DNA of 64,000 nt, from the NCBI GenBank assembly GCA_965243245.1, contig OZ251536.1:161638-225637 (forward strand), written 5' to 3'. The position numbers and the translations under genes were made by a program. The notes beneath the pieces were generated by a model that did not search any database, was not told the DNA's origin, and saw only the letters and a list, made by a program, of their open reading frames with translations. This DNA comes from Parvibaculaceae bacterium. GTDB lineage: Bacteria; Pseudomonadota; Alphaproteobacteria; RS24. Shown piece by piece: positions 40,613 through 50,429 of this stretch. Positions within the stretch are counted from its first letter, which is position 1, and each line of letters opens with the position of its first letter.

Positions 40613-41698
40613 ATGGAAAAAACAACTCAATATATAACCGCCCCGCATATACCGCCCGCCCATAAAGCTATCAGCATCTGGCTATTTACTGTCTGTGCGT
40701 TTGTCGTGCTGATGGTGCTCGTTGGCGGCTTGACGCGCCTGACCGATGCTGGCTTGGCGATCACAGAATGGAAACCCATTACGGGTGTGTGCCCGCCTCT
40801 GACAATAACAGAATGGGAAGTCGAATTTGAAAAATACAAAACCATTCCTGAATTCCAACTTGTGAACAGCGATTATTCATTGGAAGAGTTTAAATTCATT
40901 TATTGGTGGGAGTGGGGGCATCGCCAACTCGGACGTGTTGTCGCGATGGTGTTCTTGATACCGTTTATTTGGTTTGCTATGCGCAAAAAAATTCCGCAAG
41001 GGTTTTATGGGCCTTTGGTCAGCTTGTTTTTGCTAGGCGGATTACAGGGCTTCATGGGGTGGTATATGGTTAAAAGCGGGCTGACAGAGCGCATAGATGT
41101 TAGTCAATATCGGTTGGCTATGCATTTAGGATTGGCGTTGCTTATTTTTTCATATACGTATTGGTTGGCTCTGGATTTGTGGCGCGGGGGAGGCGTCATT
41201 AAAAAACCAGAGGGGAAAAAACCAGAGGGGAAAAAACCGAAGCCGCAAAAACTGGAGGGGCGTGTCTTGGCCAGTTTTATTGTGCTGATGACGTTCCTGC
41301 AATCGATGATGGGCGCGCTGGTTGCGGGACTTGATGCCGGAAAATCTTATACAGATTGGCCCTATATGGACGGGGCTTTAATGCCTTCCGGCTTGTTGGA
41401 TATGTCGCCTGTAGCGCGCAATTTTTTTGAAAATTACCTCACCGTTCAGTTCGACCATCGCATTGGAGCTTATTTGCTGTTAATGATGGTTTTTGTTCAT
41501 CTTTACGCGCAGTACAAATCCCAATCACCAACGCTGAAAACAGCATATCTAGTGGCATTTGCCGTCACCAGCCAAGCGGTTCTGGGCATTATAGCATTAA
41601 GGCTGGCGGTTCCCTTATTTTGGGGCGCCGTGCATCAAATTGGGGCGGTGATGGTTTTGGCGGTGGCTATAACACATTTACAGATGACGCGGTCATAA
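40613..41698 (+). CDS. ctaA: Heme A synthase (COX15/CtaA)
   Basis: GGLTRLTDAGLAITEWKPITG, WEWGHRQLGR and FDHRIGAY histidine motifs, with eight TM helices. An internal 15-bp repeat at 41201-41238 encodes KKPEGKKPEGKKP. Confidence 0.88.
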   Translation: MEKTTQYITAPHIPPAHKAISIWLFTVCAFVVLMVLVGGLTRLTDAGLAITEWKPITGVCPPLTITEWEVEFEKYKTIPEFQLVNSDYSLEEFKFIYWWEWGHRQLGRVVAMVFLIPFIWFAMRKKIPQGFYGPLVSLFLLGGLQGFMGWYMVKSGLTERIDVSQYRLAMHLGLALLIFSYTYWLALDLWRGGGVIKKPEGKKPEGKKPKPQKLEGRVLASFIVLMTFLQSMMGALVAGLDAGKSYTDWPYMDGALMPSGLLDMSPVARNFFENYLTVQFDHRIGAYLLLMMVFVHLYAQYKSQSPTLKTAYLVAFAVTSQAVLGIIALRLAVPLFWGAVHQIGAVMVLAVAITHLQMTRS

Positions 41699-41778
41699 AT
41701 GACGCGGTCATAAATGACGCGGCCACAAATGACGCGGCCACAAATGACGCAGTCACCAATGACGCCGTCATAAATGAT
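41686..41778. repeat. 15-bp tandem repeat gacgcggtcataaat, about 6.2 copies, beginning inside the last codons of ctaA
   Basis: Units begin at 41686, 41701, 41716, 41731, 41746 and 41761. The middle copies are degenerate (ggccacaaat / agtcaccaat). The ctaA stop (41696-41698) lies in unit 1. Confidence 0.95.
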
Positions 41779-41946
41779 ACGATTTGCAAAATAAACCCTG
41801 AATTTAAGGGCTTAGGACAAGGTAATATATTACCTATTTTATAACCTATTGATATTACTGTTTATTTAATAGTTTATGGTTCTTGACAGTTACTCTCTGC
41901 TCGCTTAAAACAGCCTTCAACTTCAATCGTTAAGATGGATTTCGTG

Positions 41947-42429
41947 ATGAAAACATATTCTGCAAGGCCTGCGGATGTTGAGAAAAAATGGATTTTGATT
42001 GACGCCGAAAATTTGGTCGTTGGTCGCCTTGCTTCTATTATTGCCGCTCGTTTGCGGGGTAAGCATTTGCCAACCTTTACGCCGCATATAGATATGGGAG
42101 ATAACATTGTTGTGATTAACGCTGGTAAGGTTAAGTTCACGGGTAATAAAACAAGCGATAAGATTTACTATCGCCATACAGGCTACCCCGGCGGCATTAA
42201 GAGTACAACACCTGAGAGAATCCTTGAAGGACGCTTTCCAGAGCGTGTTTTAGAGCTTGCCGTTAGGCGAATGTTGCCGGGCGGACCCTTGTCTCGCCAA
42301 CAGCTTTCCAACTTGCACATTTATGCGGCGGGCGCGCATCCACATGAGGCTCAAAAACCAGAGCAAATTGATGTTGGCGCATTAAATTCTAAGAATGTGC
42401 ATTCTAAGAATATGAGGGTCAAGGGATGA
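41947..42429 (+). CDS. rplM: 50S ribosomal protein L13
   Basis: [36 protein letters not shown]...FTPH.D.GD. Confidence 0.93.
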   Translation: MKTYSARPADVEKKWILIDAENLVVGRLASIIAARLRGKHLPTFTPHIDMGDNIVVINAGKVKFTGNKTSDKIYYRHTGYPGGIKSTTPERILEGRFPERVLELAVRRMLPGGPLSRQQLSNLHIYAAGAHPHEAQKPEQIDVGALNSKNVHSKNMRVKG

Positions 42430-42947
42430 GCACAGAAACAACACTTGAGAACCTTGATGAAACGATTGCTGGTGAAGCCTCTGCTACGCCACCCTCTGCG
42501 CCAGATACTGTTGTGCCACAAGAAGAAGCTTCTGCGCCTGCGGAGCCTCAAATTGACAAACAAGGTCGTGCTTATGCCACGGGCAAACGCAAAAATGCGA
42601 TTGCGCGGGTTTGGATTAAGCCGGGCAATGGTAAGATCACGATTAATGGCCGCGAAGAAAAACGGTTTTTTGCGCGTCCCGTGTTGCGGATGATTTTGCG
42701 CCAACCCTTGGTTGGGGTTAATCGTCCAGACTCATACAACGTCATTGCGACTGTGAGTGGTGGCGGTTTATCTGGTCAAGCTGGTGCGGTGCGCCATGGC
42801 ATTTCAAAAGCCCTGACATATTATGAACCAGAATTGCGCGGCGTGCTTAAATCGGGTGGATTTTTGACCCGCGATAGCCGTGTTGTTGAGCGCAAAAAAT
42901 ATGGTCGCGCGAAAGCCCGCCGTAGCTTCCAGTTCTCTAAACGCTAG
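42426..42947 (+). CDS. rpsI: 30S ribosomal protein S9 (with an acidic/Pro-Ala N-terminal extension of about 40 aa)
   Basis: [21 protein letters not shown]...[19 protein letters not shown]...[25 protein letters not shown]. Confidence 0.93.
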   Translation: MSTETTLENLDETIAGEASATPPSAPDTVVPQEEASAPAEPQIDKQGRAYATGKRKNAIARVWIKPGNGKITINGREEKRFFARPVLRMILRQPLVGVNRPDSYNVIATVSGGGLSGQAGAVRHGISKALTYYEPELRGVLKSGGFLTRDSRVVERKKYGRAKARRSFQFSKR

Positions 42948-42970
42948 AGCTTTTTGCTTTTTTGAGTTAA

Positions 42971-42996
42971 AAGAGAGCCTTATGGCTCTTTTTTTG
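42971..42996 (+). terminator. Probable rho-independent terminator after rpsI
   Basis: Stem agagcc / ggctct with loop ttat, extendable by A-T and G-T pairs, followed by a run of six T residues. Confidence 0.6.
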
Positions 42997-43006
42997 CATC
43001 ACTAAT

Positions 43007-43495
43007 ATGGGGATGGGTATGACTGAAGTTGAAAATAAGACTATTGAGGGTACATCGGTTGGGATTCAGGAAATCTTTGAATTATTGCCGCATCGTTTCC
43101 CATTTTTGATGATTGACCGCATCGAGGAGATGGATGGTGAGGAACGCGCTGTTGGGGTTAAAAATGTTTCTGCTAATGAGCCTTGGGTGCAGGGACATTT
43201 TCCTGATTGGCCGGTTATGCCGGGTGTTTTGATTGTCGAGGCGATGGCCCAAACGGCGGCGGCTTTGGTTGTTCATAATCGCGCGGGCGAGATTGAGCGT
43301 GAGATTATTTATTTCATGGCGATTGATAAGTGCCGTTTTCGCAATGCTGTGATGCCGGGGGATGTGTTGAAGATTGAGGTTATCAAAATCAAGCGCAAGG
43401 GGGCTGTTTGGAAGTATAAGGGAATTGCGCGGGTTGGCGATAAGGTCTGTACTGAGGCGGAGTTTATGGCGATGAATTATGCCTCTGAAAAATAG
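43007..43495 (+). CDS. fabZ: 3-hydroxyacyl-[ACP] dehydratase FabZ
   Basis: LLPHRFPFLMIDRI...NEPWVQGHFPDWPVMPGVLIVEAMAQ. Confidence 0.88.
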   Translation: MGMGMTEVENKTIEGTSVGIQEIFELLPHRFPFLMIDRIEEMDGEERAVGVKNVSANEPWVQGHFPDWPVMPGVLIVEAMAQTAAALVVHNRAGEIEREIIYFMAIDKCRFRNAVMPGDVLKIEVIKIKRKGAVWKYKGIARVGDKVCTEAEFMAMNYASEK

Positions 43496-43506
43496 GACAT
43501 TAGGAG

Positions 43507-44550
43507 ATGGAGAAAAGTAAGATTGGCGTCGCCATAATCGGGGCTTCGGGGTATACAGGCGCAGAGGCTATTAGATTGCTGTCTGGGCATCCGCGGGCTG
43601 AAATTAAGGCGGTAACGGCTAATTCTCATGCTGGCGAACAAGTATCGCAAGTGTTTCCGCAATTTGGCACCTTGGCTCTTCCGCTTTTACAAAAAGTGGC
43701 GGCTATTGCGTGGAAAGATATAGATGTTGCCATATGCGCTCTACCGCATGGGACGGCTCAGCAGGTAATTAAGAACATCCCTAATCATGTAAAAGTCATT
43801 GATATGTCAGCGGATTTCAGATTACGAGATGTTGATGTTTATGCTGAATGGTATGGCCGTGAACATGAAGCACAAGAGTTATTAAGCGAGGCTGTCTATG
43901 GATTATCCGAACATTACCGCGATGATATTAAGCAAGCGCGGCTGGTTGCTTGTCCGGGGTGTTATCCAACGGCGGCGTTGCTTTTATTACTGCCTTTACT
44001 GAAAGCTGGGCTTATTGCTCTTGAAGATTTAATTATTGATGCAAAATCGGGTGTCACGGGGGTTGGGCGAAGTTTAAAAGAAAGCAATTTATTCAGCGAA
44101 GTGGCAGAAGGTTTAGCCCCTTATAGTCTTGGCAATCATCGCCATGCGCCAGAAATTGAACAAGAATTAGGGGTGGTTTCTGGGGTAGATGTTACTATTA
44201 ATTTCACGCCGCATTTAGTGCCGATGAACCGAGGCGAATTGCTGACGGTTTATGCCAAAACCCATGCGTCTGATGCGCATGCGGTGCGCGCCGCGCTTGA
44301 GAACAGCTATCAATCTGAGCCATTTGTCTCAGTGTTATCGGCTGGAAAAACGCCAACAACACGGCAGGTGCGGGGGTCTAATTTTTGTAATTTGGCGGTT
44401 TTTGAAGATAGATTACCGGGGCGTATCATCTTGGTTTCTACGCTTGATAATTTGGTGAAAGGTTCATCGGGTCAAGCCGTTCAGAATATGAATATCATGT
44501 TTGGCTTTGATGAAACAGATGGCTTACACCAACAACCCCTTTATCCGTAA
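43507..44550 (+). CDS. argC: N-acetyl-gamma-glutamyl-phosphate reductase
   Basis: IGASGYTGAE..RLL..HP, active-site region ACPGCYPTA, DNLVKGSSGQAVQNMN. Confidence 0.92.
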   Translation: MEKSKIGVAIIGASGYTGAEAIRLLSGHPRAEIKAVTANSHAGEQVSQVFPQFGTLALPLLQKVAAIAWKDIDVAICALPHGTAQQVIKNIPNHVKVIDMSADFRLRDVDVYAEWYGREHEAQELLSEAVYGLSEHYRDDIKQARLVACPGCYPTAALLLLLPLLKAGLIALEDLIIDAKSGVTGVGRSLKESNLFSEVAEGLAPYSLGNHRHAPEIEQELGVVSGVDVTINFTPHLVPMNRGELLTVYAKTHASDAHAVRAALENSYQSEPFVSVLSAGKTPTTRQVRGSNFCNLAVFEDRLPGRIILVSTLDNLVKGSSGQAVQNMNIMFGFDETDGLHQQPLYP

Positions 44551-44885
44551 TGGCATTACGATTGGTCTCAAAACGGCTCTTGTCAATTATGATGATTATA
44601 TGCGCTTTAGGTGTTTATATGATTTTGCCGCACGCCGCACAGTCTGAAACAGTTTATGAACAACTAAGTGCCGACCAGCTTAACCGTAATTATGATGATG
44701 CGGTTTTAAAAGGCGGCGGGGAAACTAAATTGCCAGAGGATAAGGCAGCATCAAGGGCTAAAAAGTCTTCCGAATCTGTCTCTAAATCTGTCTCAAAATC
44801 TGTCATTGCTAAAGAAGATAAGCAATCCTCAAAAAAGGATAAACCAAAAACCAGCCCCTTTCGCGGTTTATCGGGCGACTTTTAG
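44550..44885 (+). CDS. Hypothetical small secreted Lys/Ser-rich protein (111 aa)
   Basis: The start overlaps the argC stop (TAATG). It has an N-terminal hydrophobic signal-like segment and an internal 12-bp repeat (44773-44808) encoding SVSKSVSKSV. No family recognised. Confidence 0.45.
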   Translation: MALRLVSKRLLSIMMIICALGVYMILPHAAQSETVYEQLSADQLNRNYDDAVLKGGGETKLPEDKAASRAKKSSESVSKSVSKSVIAKEDKQSSKKDKPKTSPFRGLSGDF

Positions 44886-44953
44886 CCAAATTTGATACTC
44901 TAATCTTGAGTTTGCCCTAAGCTTGCTGTAATTAATCTATACAAAGGCACAAT

Positions 44954-44997
44954 GAAAAATAGTGTGAAAAATAGTGTGAGAAATAGTGTGAGAAATT
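44954..44997. repeat. 12-bp tandem repeat gaaaaatagtgt, about 3.7 copies
   Basis: Units begin at 44954, 44966 and 44978 (gagaaatagtgt), with a partial unit at 44990. The array ends 14 bp upstream of the aminotransferase start. Confidence 0.9.
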
Positions 44998-45010
44998 AAG
45001 AGATAAGCTG

Positions 45011-46195
45011 ATGCCGCAGGAAGAATTTGAACGCATTCAACGATTGCCGCCTTATGTTTTTGAAGGCGTGAACAAACTAAAACATGAAGCGCGCGCAAAG
45101 GGTGCTGATATTATCGATTTTGGGATGGGCAATCCTGATTTACCAACCCCGCAGCATATCATCGACAAGCTGGTAGAAACCGTTAACAATCCAAAGACGC
45201 ATCGCTATTCTGCCTCTAAAGGTATCCCCGGTCTGCGTCAGGCTCAGGCGCGTTATTATGACCGCCGCTTTGGGGTTAAACTCAATCCCGACACACAAAT
45301 TATCGCAACATTGGGCTCTAAGGAAGGCTTCGCAAATATGGCACAAGCTATGGTGTCGCCCGGTGATGTCATTTTAGTGCCGAATCCAACATATCCTATT
45401 CATGTGTTCGGCTTTATTATTTCAGGGGCCACAATTCAGCACTTACCATTATCACCAGAAACCGACTTTTTTGAGGTGCTAGACCAAAATATACGCGGCT
45501 GTGTGCCTAAACCAAAGGCTCTGGTGTTGAATTATCCCAGCAACCCAACCGCAGAAGTAAAAGACATAGAGTTTTATAAAGAAGTTGTTCACATTGCGCG
45601 AAAGCACGATTTTTATATTCTTTCCGATCTGGCCTATGCTGAGGTGTATTTTGATGCCGATAAGCCGCCGCCTTCAATTTTGCAGGTTGAGGGCGCAAAA
45701 GACATTTGTGTTGAGTTTACTTCATTGTCTAAGACGTTCTCTATGCCGGGGTGGCGGATGGGCTTTGCTGTCGGTAATGAACGCCTGATAAGTGCCTTGA
45801 CCCGCATCAAATCTTATTTGGATTATGGTGCCTTCACCCCCATTCAGGTAGCGGCGGCGACAGCTCTTGATAGCTCTTTGAGTGTTATTGAGGATATTCG
45901 GCAAGTTTATAAAACGCGCCGCGATGTCTTGATAGAAACCTTTGCGCGTTCTGGCTGGAATGTACCGCCGCCGCCCGCAACCATGTTTGCTTGGTCGCCC
46001 ATACCCGAAAAATATAAACATCTTGGTTCTTTGGAGTTTTCCAAATTTCTGCTAACCCAAGCCGATGTGGCTGTCTCTCCCGGTATTGGCTTTGGCGACT
46101 ATGGCGATGGGTATGTTCGTATTGCTCTGGTCGAGAATGAGCAACGTATTCGCCAAGCCGGACGCAATATCAAAAAGCTATTTGAAAAGGAATAA
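45011..46195 (+). CDS. Class I/II PLP-dependent aminotransferase (AlaC/aspartate aminotransferase-like)
   Basis: RLPPYVFEGVN..K...RAKGADIIDFGMGNPD, NYPSNPT, and SLSKTFSMPGWRMG (PLP lysine). Substrate specificity cannot be assigned from sequence by eye. Confidence 0.85.
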   Translation: MPQEEFERIQRLPPYVFEGVNKLKHEARAKGADIIDFGMGNPDLPTPQHIIDKLVETVNNPKTHRYSASKGIPGLRQAQARYYDRRFGVKLNPDTQIIATLGSKEGFANMAQAMVSPGDVILVPNPTYPIHVFGFIISGATIQHLPLSPETDFFEVLDQNIRGCVPKPKALVLNYPSNPTAEVKDIEFYKEVVHIARKHDFYILSDLAYAEVYFDADKPPPSILQVEGAKDICVEFTSLSKTFSMPGWRMGFAVGNERLISALTRIKSYLDYGAFTPIQVAAATALDSSLSVIEDIRQVYKTRRDVLIETFARSGWNVPPPPATMFAWSPIPEKYKHLGSLEFSKFLLTQADVAVSPGIGFGDYGDGYVRIALVENEQRIRQAGRNIKKLFEKE

Positions 46196-46198
46196 ATT

Positions 46199-47491
46199 AT
46201 GACCAAAAAAATGAATGTCGCCATTGCAGGTTTGGGAACAGTCGGGACGGCTTTAGCCTCTAAGCTTTTATCTAGCGGCGAAACGAGCTTGTCTTTGACA
46301 GCTATTAGTGCACGCGATGCCAATAAAGAGCGCGAATTTCCTCGCGGTGGCCCCACGTGGTACGATAATTGCCTTGACTTTGCGGATGATACAAATGTCG
46401 ATATTGTTGTCGAGTTAATCGGCGGCAAAGAAGGAATTGCGCACGATTTGGTTACAAAAGCTTTGCAAAACAAAAAACATGTTGTAACTGCAAATAAAGC
46501 ACTGATGGCAAAGCATGGTCTCAAATTAGCCCAACTTGCCGAAGAAAACGGGGTGACATTGGCATATGAGGCGTCAGTGGCGGGCGGTATTCCTGTTATT
46601 AAGGTGCTCCGTGAAGCTCTTAAATGGAATAAAGTGTCACGTATCCAAGGAATTTTAAATGGAACATGTAACTTTATTTTGTCAGAAATGAGAGATGGAA
46701 ACACGGGGTTTATGAAAGCGTGTAAAACTGCGGAAAAGAATGGCTATGCCGAAGCCGACTCTGGATCTGATATTGATGGTATTGATGCGGGGCAGAAACT
46801 TTCTATTTTGGCGGCATTGGCTTTTGGCGTTCAGCCGAATTTGAAGCAGGACAGCATTGAGGGCATTCGCGATGTCATCGCCGAGGATTTTCTCTATGCA
46901 AGCGATTCTAACCGGGTGATACGGCTTGTGGCTCTTTGTGAACAAACGGCACAAGGCATATTGCAATGGGTGGGTCCATGCCTTATCCCGAATGAGGAAC
47001 CTTTGGCACAGATTGAAGGCGTGACCAATGCGGTTCAGATTGAGGGCGATATGATGGGTAATATTATGTTGCAAGGGCCGGGTGCAGGCGGCGTTGCAAC
47101 GGCGTCATCTGTTTTGTCTGATCTGAACGATATCGTCTGTGGGAATAAGCAATTTGTTTTTGCCCGCGCGGTGAAAAAATTGGTCCCGATTAAAAATAGT
47201 GCTAGTCTGGCACCTTGTCGTTGGTATTTGCGTGTGTCGTTAATTGATGAGCCGGGGAGCATGGCGAAGGTCATGTGTATACTTGTTGAAAATGATGTTT
47301 CGATTGAGGAAGTGGGGGCACGGAAAGATAAAAAAATACGTCCCGTGAAAGGTAAAAAAATACGTCCCGTGATATTCATCACACATAAGGTAGAGGCTGC
47401 GGTAATCAAGAAAGCCTTAAAGGCGTTGCGGTCTATTGATACGATTGAAAAGGACTCAATTATTATGCCTATTTTAACGGGTGCGCGGTAA
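46199..47491 (+). CDS. hom: Homoserine dehydrogenase
   Basis: VAIAGLGTVGT..., VTANKAL, ASVAGGIPVI, GILNGTCNFIL, and a C-terminal ACT domain. A 24-bp direct duplication (47329-47376) encodes KKIRPVKGKKIRPV. Confidence 0.9.
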   Translation: MTKKMNVAIAGLGTVGTALASKLLSSGETSLSLTAISARDANKEREFPRGGPTWYDNCLDFADDTNVDIVVELIGGKEGIAHDLVTKALQNKKHVVTANKALMAKHGLKLAQLAEENGVTLAYEASVAGGIPVIKVLREALKWNKVSRIQGILNGTCNFILSEMRDGNTGFMKACKTAEKNGYAEADSGSDIDGIDAGQKLSILAALAFGVQPNLKQDSIEGIRDVIAEDFLYASDSNRVIRLVALCEQTAQGILQWVGPCLIPNEEPLAQIEGVTNAVQIEGDMMGNIMLQGPGAGGVATASSVLSDLNDIVCGNKQFVFARAVKKLVPIKNSASLAPCRWYLRVSLIDEPGSMAKVMCILVENDVSIEEVGARKDKKIRPVKGKKIRPVIFITHKVEAAVIKKALKALRSIDTIEKDSIIMPILTGAR

Positions 47492-47509
47492 AAATTGATA
47501 GGATAAAGC

Positions 47510-48481
47510 ATGAGTGGGAAAATTGATCGTAGTCTGGTTTTAGAAATTGTTCGTGTTACGGAACGCGCTGCGGTGGCATGTGCGCCGTTGATTGGGCGCG
47601 GCGATGAAAAGGCGGCTGACCAAGCGGCTGTGGATGCTATGCGGCGTGCGTTGAATGCGCTTGATATTGATGGCGAGGTTGTTATCGGCGAGGGGGAGCG
47701 CGATGAAGCACCGATGCTTTATATTGGCGAAAAAGTTGGCACGGGGAAGGGGGCAAAGGTTGATATTGCTCTTGACCCGCTTGAAGGCACGACCTTGACG
47801 GCTAAGGGTATGAATAATGCTTTGGCTGTTATTGCTGTTGCTGAGCGTGGTGCTTTGCTTCATGCACCTGACACTTACATGCAAAAAATTGCCATTGGCG
47901 GTGGGTATCGTGCAGGCTTGGTAGACCTTGATGCTTCGGCGCGCGAAAATATTGAAGCCCTCGCAAAGGCTAAAAATCTAGCGGTTTCAAAGATTAATGT
48001 CTGTGTCCTTGATCGCCCGCGTCATGCTGATATTATTGCAGATATCCACGCAACAGGGGCGCGTGTTACGCTGATTAGCGATGGCGATGTGGCGGGGGTG
48101 ATGCACACGACAAACCCTGCGACCGGTATTGATATGTATATGGGTACGGGCGGCGCACCCGAAGGGGTGCTGGCGGCGGCGGCTTTGGCGGCTATTGGCG
48201 GGCAAATGCAAGCGCGTTTGGTAACGAGCAGTGAAGCGCAAAAGCAACGTGCCCTCAAAATGGGGGTCACGGATTTTGATAAAAAATTTAACCTTGCTGA
48301 AATGGTGCGCGGCGATGTTATTTTGGCTATAACCGGGGTCACGGATGGAGCACTGGTTAAGGGCGTATATTTTCAAGGTGATAATATTTGGACTGATACA
48401 ATGGTTTTGCGCGCCTCGAGCGGAACTATACGCTGGGTTAAAACGTGCCATGCGGGCGCGGAAAAATTTAATAAGGGCTAA
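47510..48481 (+). CDS. glpX: Fructose-1,6-bisphosphatase class II
   Basis: VTERAAVA...GRGDEKAADQAAVDAMR...IGEGERDEAPML...DPLEGTT. Confidence 0.92.
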   Translation: MSGKIDRSLVLEIVRVTERAAVACAPLIGRGDEKAADQAAVDAMRRALNALDIDGEVVIGEGERDEAPMLYIGEKVGTGKGAKVDIALDPLEGTTLTAKGMNNALAVIAVAERGALLHAPDTYMQKIAIGGGYRAGLVDLDASARENIEALAKAKNLAVSKINVCVLDRPRHADIIADIHATGARVTLISDGDVAGVMHTTNPATGIDMYMGTGGAPEGVLAAAALAAIGGQMQARLVTSSEAQKQRALKMGVTDFDKKFNLAEMVRGDVILAITGVTDGALVKGVYFQGDNIWTDTMVLRASSGTIRWVKTCHAGAEKFNKG

Positions 48482-48486
48482 TCTTT

Positions 48487-50265
48487 ATGCACGAGATACA
48501 AGCAAGCGTACTCGGGGTTGAGAGGTCTGCTGGGGCACGCCAATGGGTTATGCGCAAAGGCGATGAACGCATTTCAATGGCGATAGCACAGCGTTATGAT
48601 TTGACAGAGCCTGTCGCGCGCATTTTAGCCTCTCGCAGTGTGCGGCTTGAAGATGTGCCAAGCTATTTGAATCCAAAAATAAATCAGCTTTTGCCAGACC
48701 CTTCTGTTTTAGCAGATATGGATAAAGCAACGAGCCGTCTGGCTTTGGCACTTATGGAAGATCAAAAAATAGCCGTTTTTGGCGATTATGACGTTGACGG
48801 TGCGACATCTTCTGCGGTTTTGGTTAATTATTTTCGCGCCCTTGGCAAAGAATTACGCGTTTATATTCCCGACCGCATCAATGAGGGCTATGGCCCTAAT
48901 GTTCCAGCTTTTGAAAAACTCTATGAAGAGGGCGTTGAGTTAGTTATCACGGTTGATTGTGGCACTATGGCGCATGAAGCACTTGGTGTTGCCAAGCAGC
49001 GCGGCATGGATATTATTGTTGCTGACCATCATCAAACGGGGATGGATATGCCTGCCTGCTATGCGCTGATTAATCCCCAACGCCTAGATGATGAGAGCGG
49101 GCTTGAGTATCTTGCTGCTGTTGGGGTTACATTTTTGCTGGTTGTCGGCTTGAACAGAACTTTGCGCGATAAAGGGTTTTTTGAGGGAAAGTCAGAACCA
49201 GATCTCATGGCATTACTGGATATTGTGGCTTTGGGGACGGTTTGTGATGTTGTGCCATTGAGAGGCGTAAACCGTGCCTTTGTTACCCAAGGGCTAAAGG
49301 TGATGAGCCAGCGTCGTAATATAGGGCTGAGAGCTTTGGCGGATATTTCTAAACTTGAGGGCGTGCCTATGGCGTATGATTGTGGGTTTAAGCTTGGGCC
49401 GCGCATTAATGCGGGGGGGCGGATTGGGGAAAGCGAGCTTGGAACGCGACTTTTGACCACACAAGATCAAGATGAAGCTTGCGCGCTTGCGCTTCGCATG
49501 GAAGAGCTTAATCGAGAAAGACGTGATATTGGCGACCGCAATCTTGCCTTGGCGGAGGAAAAAGTTACCAAATTATTTGAACAGCATAATATTTTGCCGC
49601 CGGCATTGGTTTTGGTGGATAAGTCGTTTCATGCTGGCGTCATAGGAATTACGGCGGGCAGGTTAAAGGATAAATATCGCCGCCCTTGTTTTATAATTGC
49701 GCTTGATGATGATGGAACGGGAAAAGGATCGGCGCGTTCTGTTGGGCATGTTGATGTTGGCAAGCTTGTGGCGCACGCTGTTAGCAAGAACATTATTGCT
49801 GGCGGGGGGGGGCATGCGATGGCGGCGGGGGTGACGCTTGAGGCGGGACAGGCGGAAGCGTTTGAAAAATATTTATTTGATGAGCTTGAGGCGTTGGATT
49901 TTGCAGCGCCTGAAATGCTTTTTCTGGATGCCGCGCTGAGTACCCATGCGGCGACACGCGCGTTTTATGAAAAATTTCAAATGATCGGCCCCTTTGGCGC
50001 CGATAGTCCAGAGCCGCGCTTTGTGCTACTTGAGGCGCGGGTGATACACGCAGATATTGTCGGCGAAAGCCATATACGCTGTAGCTTGTCATCACAAGGC
50101 GGGCGCAACCTAAAAGCCATCGCCTTTTCATCAGTAGATAAGGCGGTGCGCGAGCTTCTTTTAAAGACGCAAACGCCTTTGCATATAGCTGGATATTTGC
50201 GCGCCGATGATTGGCAAGGACGCAGAGGCGTTCAGTTTATGATACACGATGTCGCGCTCACATAA
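48487..50265 (+). CDS. recJ: Single-stranded-DNA-specific exonuclease RecJ
   Basis: DHH motifs (VFGDYDVDGATS, ITVDCG, VADHH) and DHHA1 (GGGHAMAAG). Confidence 0.92.
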   Translation: MHEIQASVLGVERSAGARQWVMRKGDERISMAIAQRYDLTEPVARILASRSVRLEDVPSYLNPKINQLLPDPSVLADMDKATSRLALALMEDQKIAVFGDYDVDGATSSAVLVNYFRALGKELRVYIPDRINEGYGPNVPAFEKLYEEGVELVITVDCGTMAHEALGVAKQRGMDIIVADHHQTGMDMPACYALINPQRLDDESGLEYLAAVGVTFLLVVGLNRTLRDKGFFEGKSEPDLMALLDIVALGTVCDVVPLRGVNRAFVTQGLKVMSQRRNIGLRALADISKLEGVPMAYDCGFKLGPRINAGGRIGESELGTRLLTTQDQDEACALALRMEELNRERRDIGDRNLALAEEKVTKLFEQHNILPPALVLVDKSFHAGVIGITAGRLKDKYRRPCFIIALDDDGTGKGSARSVGHVDVGKLVAHAVSKNIIAGGGGHAMAAGVTLEAGQAEAFEKYLFDELEALDFAAPEMLFLDAALSTHAATRAFYEKFQMIGPFGADSPEPRFVLLEARVIHADIVGESHIRCSLSSQGGRNLKAIAFSSVDKAVRELLLKTQTPLHIAGYLRADDWQGRRGVQFMIHDVALT

Positions 50266-50270
50266 ATTTT

Positions 50271-50327
50271 AACACTAGTGTTAAAACACTAGTGTTCTAG
50301 CTGTGGTGCTTGAAAAGTTTTTCAAGC
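50271..50327. repeat. Two copies of the perfect 12-bp palindrome aacactagtgtt, spaced 14 bp apart, followed by the dyad gcttgaaaa-gt-ttttcaagc
   Basis: Palindromes at 50271-50282 and 50285-50296; dyad at 50308-50327. They lie between the recJ stop and tRNA-Glu. Possible terminator or operator; function unknown. Confidence 0.6.
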
Positions 50328-50354
50328 TAGGTTATATCCTCTTTTGTCACCAGT

Positions 50355-50429
50355 GCGCCCTTCGTCTATCGGTTAGGACGCCAGGTTTTCAACCTGGAAA
50401 GAGGGGTTCGATTCCCCTAGGGCGTACCA
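50355..50429 (+). tRNA. tRNA-Glu (anticodon UUC)
   Basis: Hand-folded: acceptor GCGCCCT/AGGGCGT (G1-U72 wobble), anticodon arm CCAGG-TTTTCAA-CCTGG, T arm AGGGG-TTCGATT-CCCCT, encoded CCA. Confidence 0.88.

Noticed and set aside
41620-41844. 74-aa ORF in the track with the striking periodic sequence DDAVINDAVINDAATNDAATNDAVTNDAVIND
   Set aside because: It is the 15-bp tandem repeat downstream of ctaA read in another frame. It overlaps the ctaA 3' end, has no ribosome-binding site, and its periodicity comes entirely from the DNA repeat.
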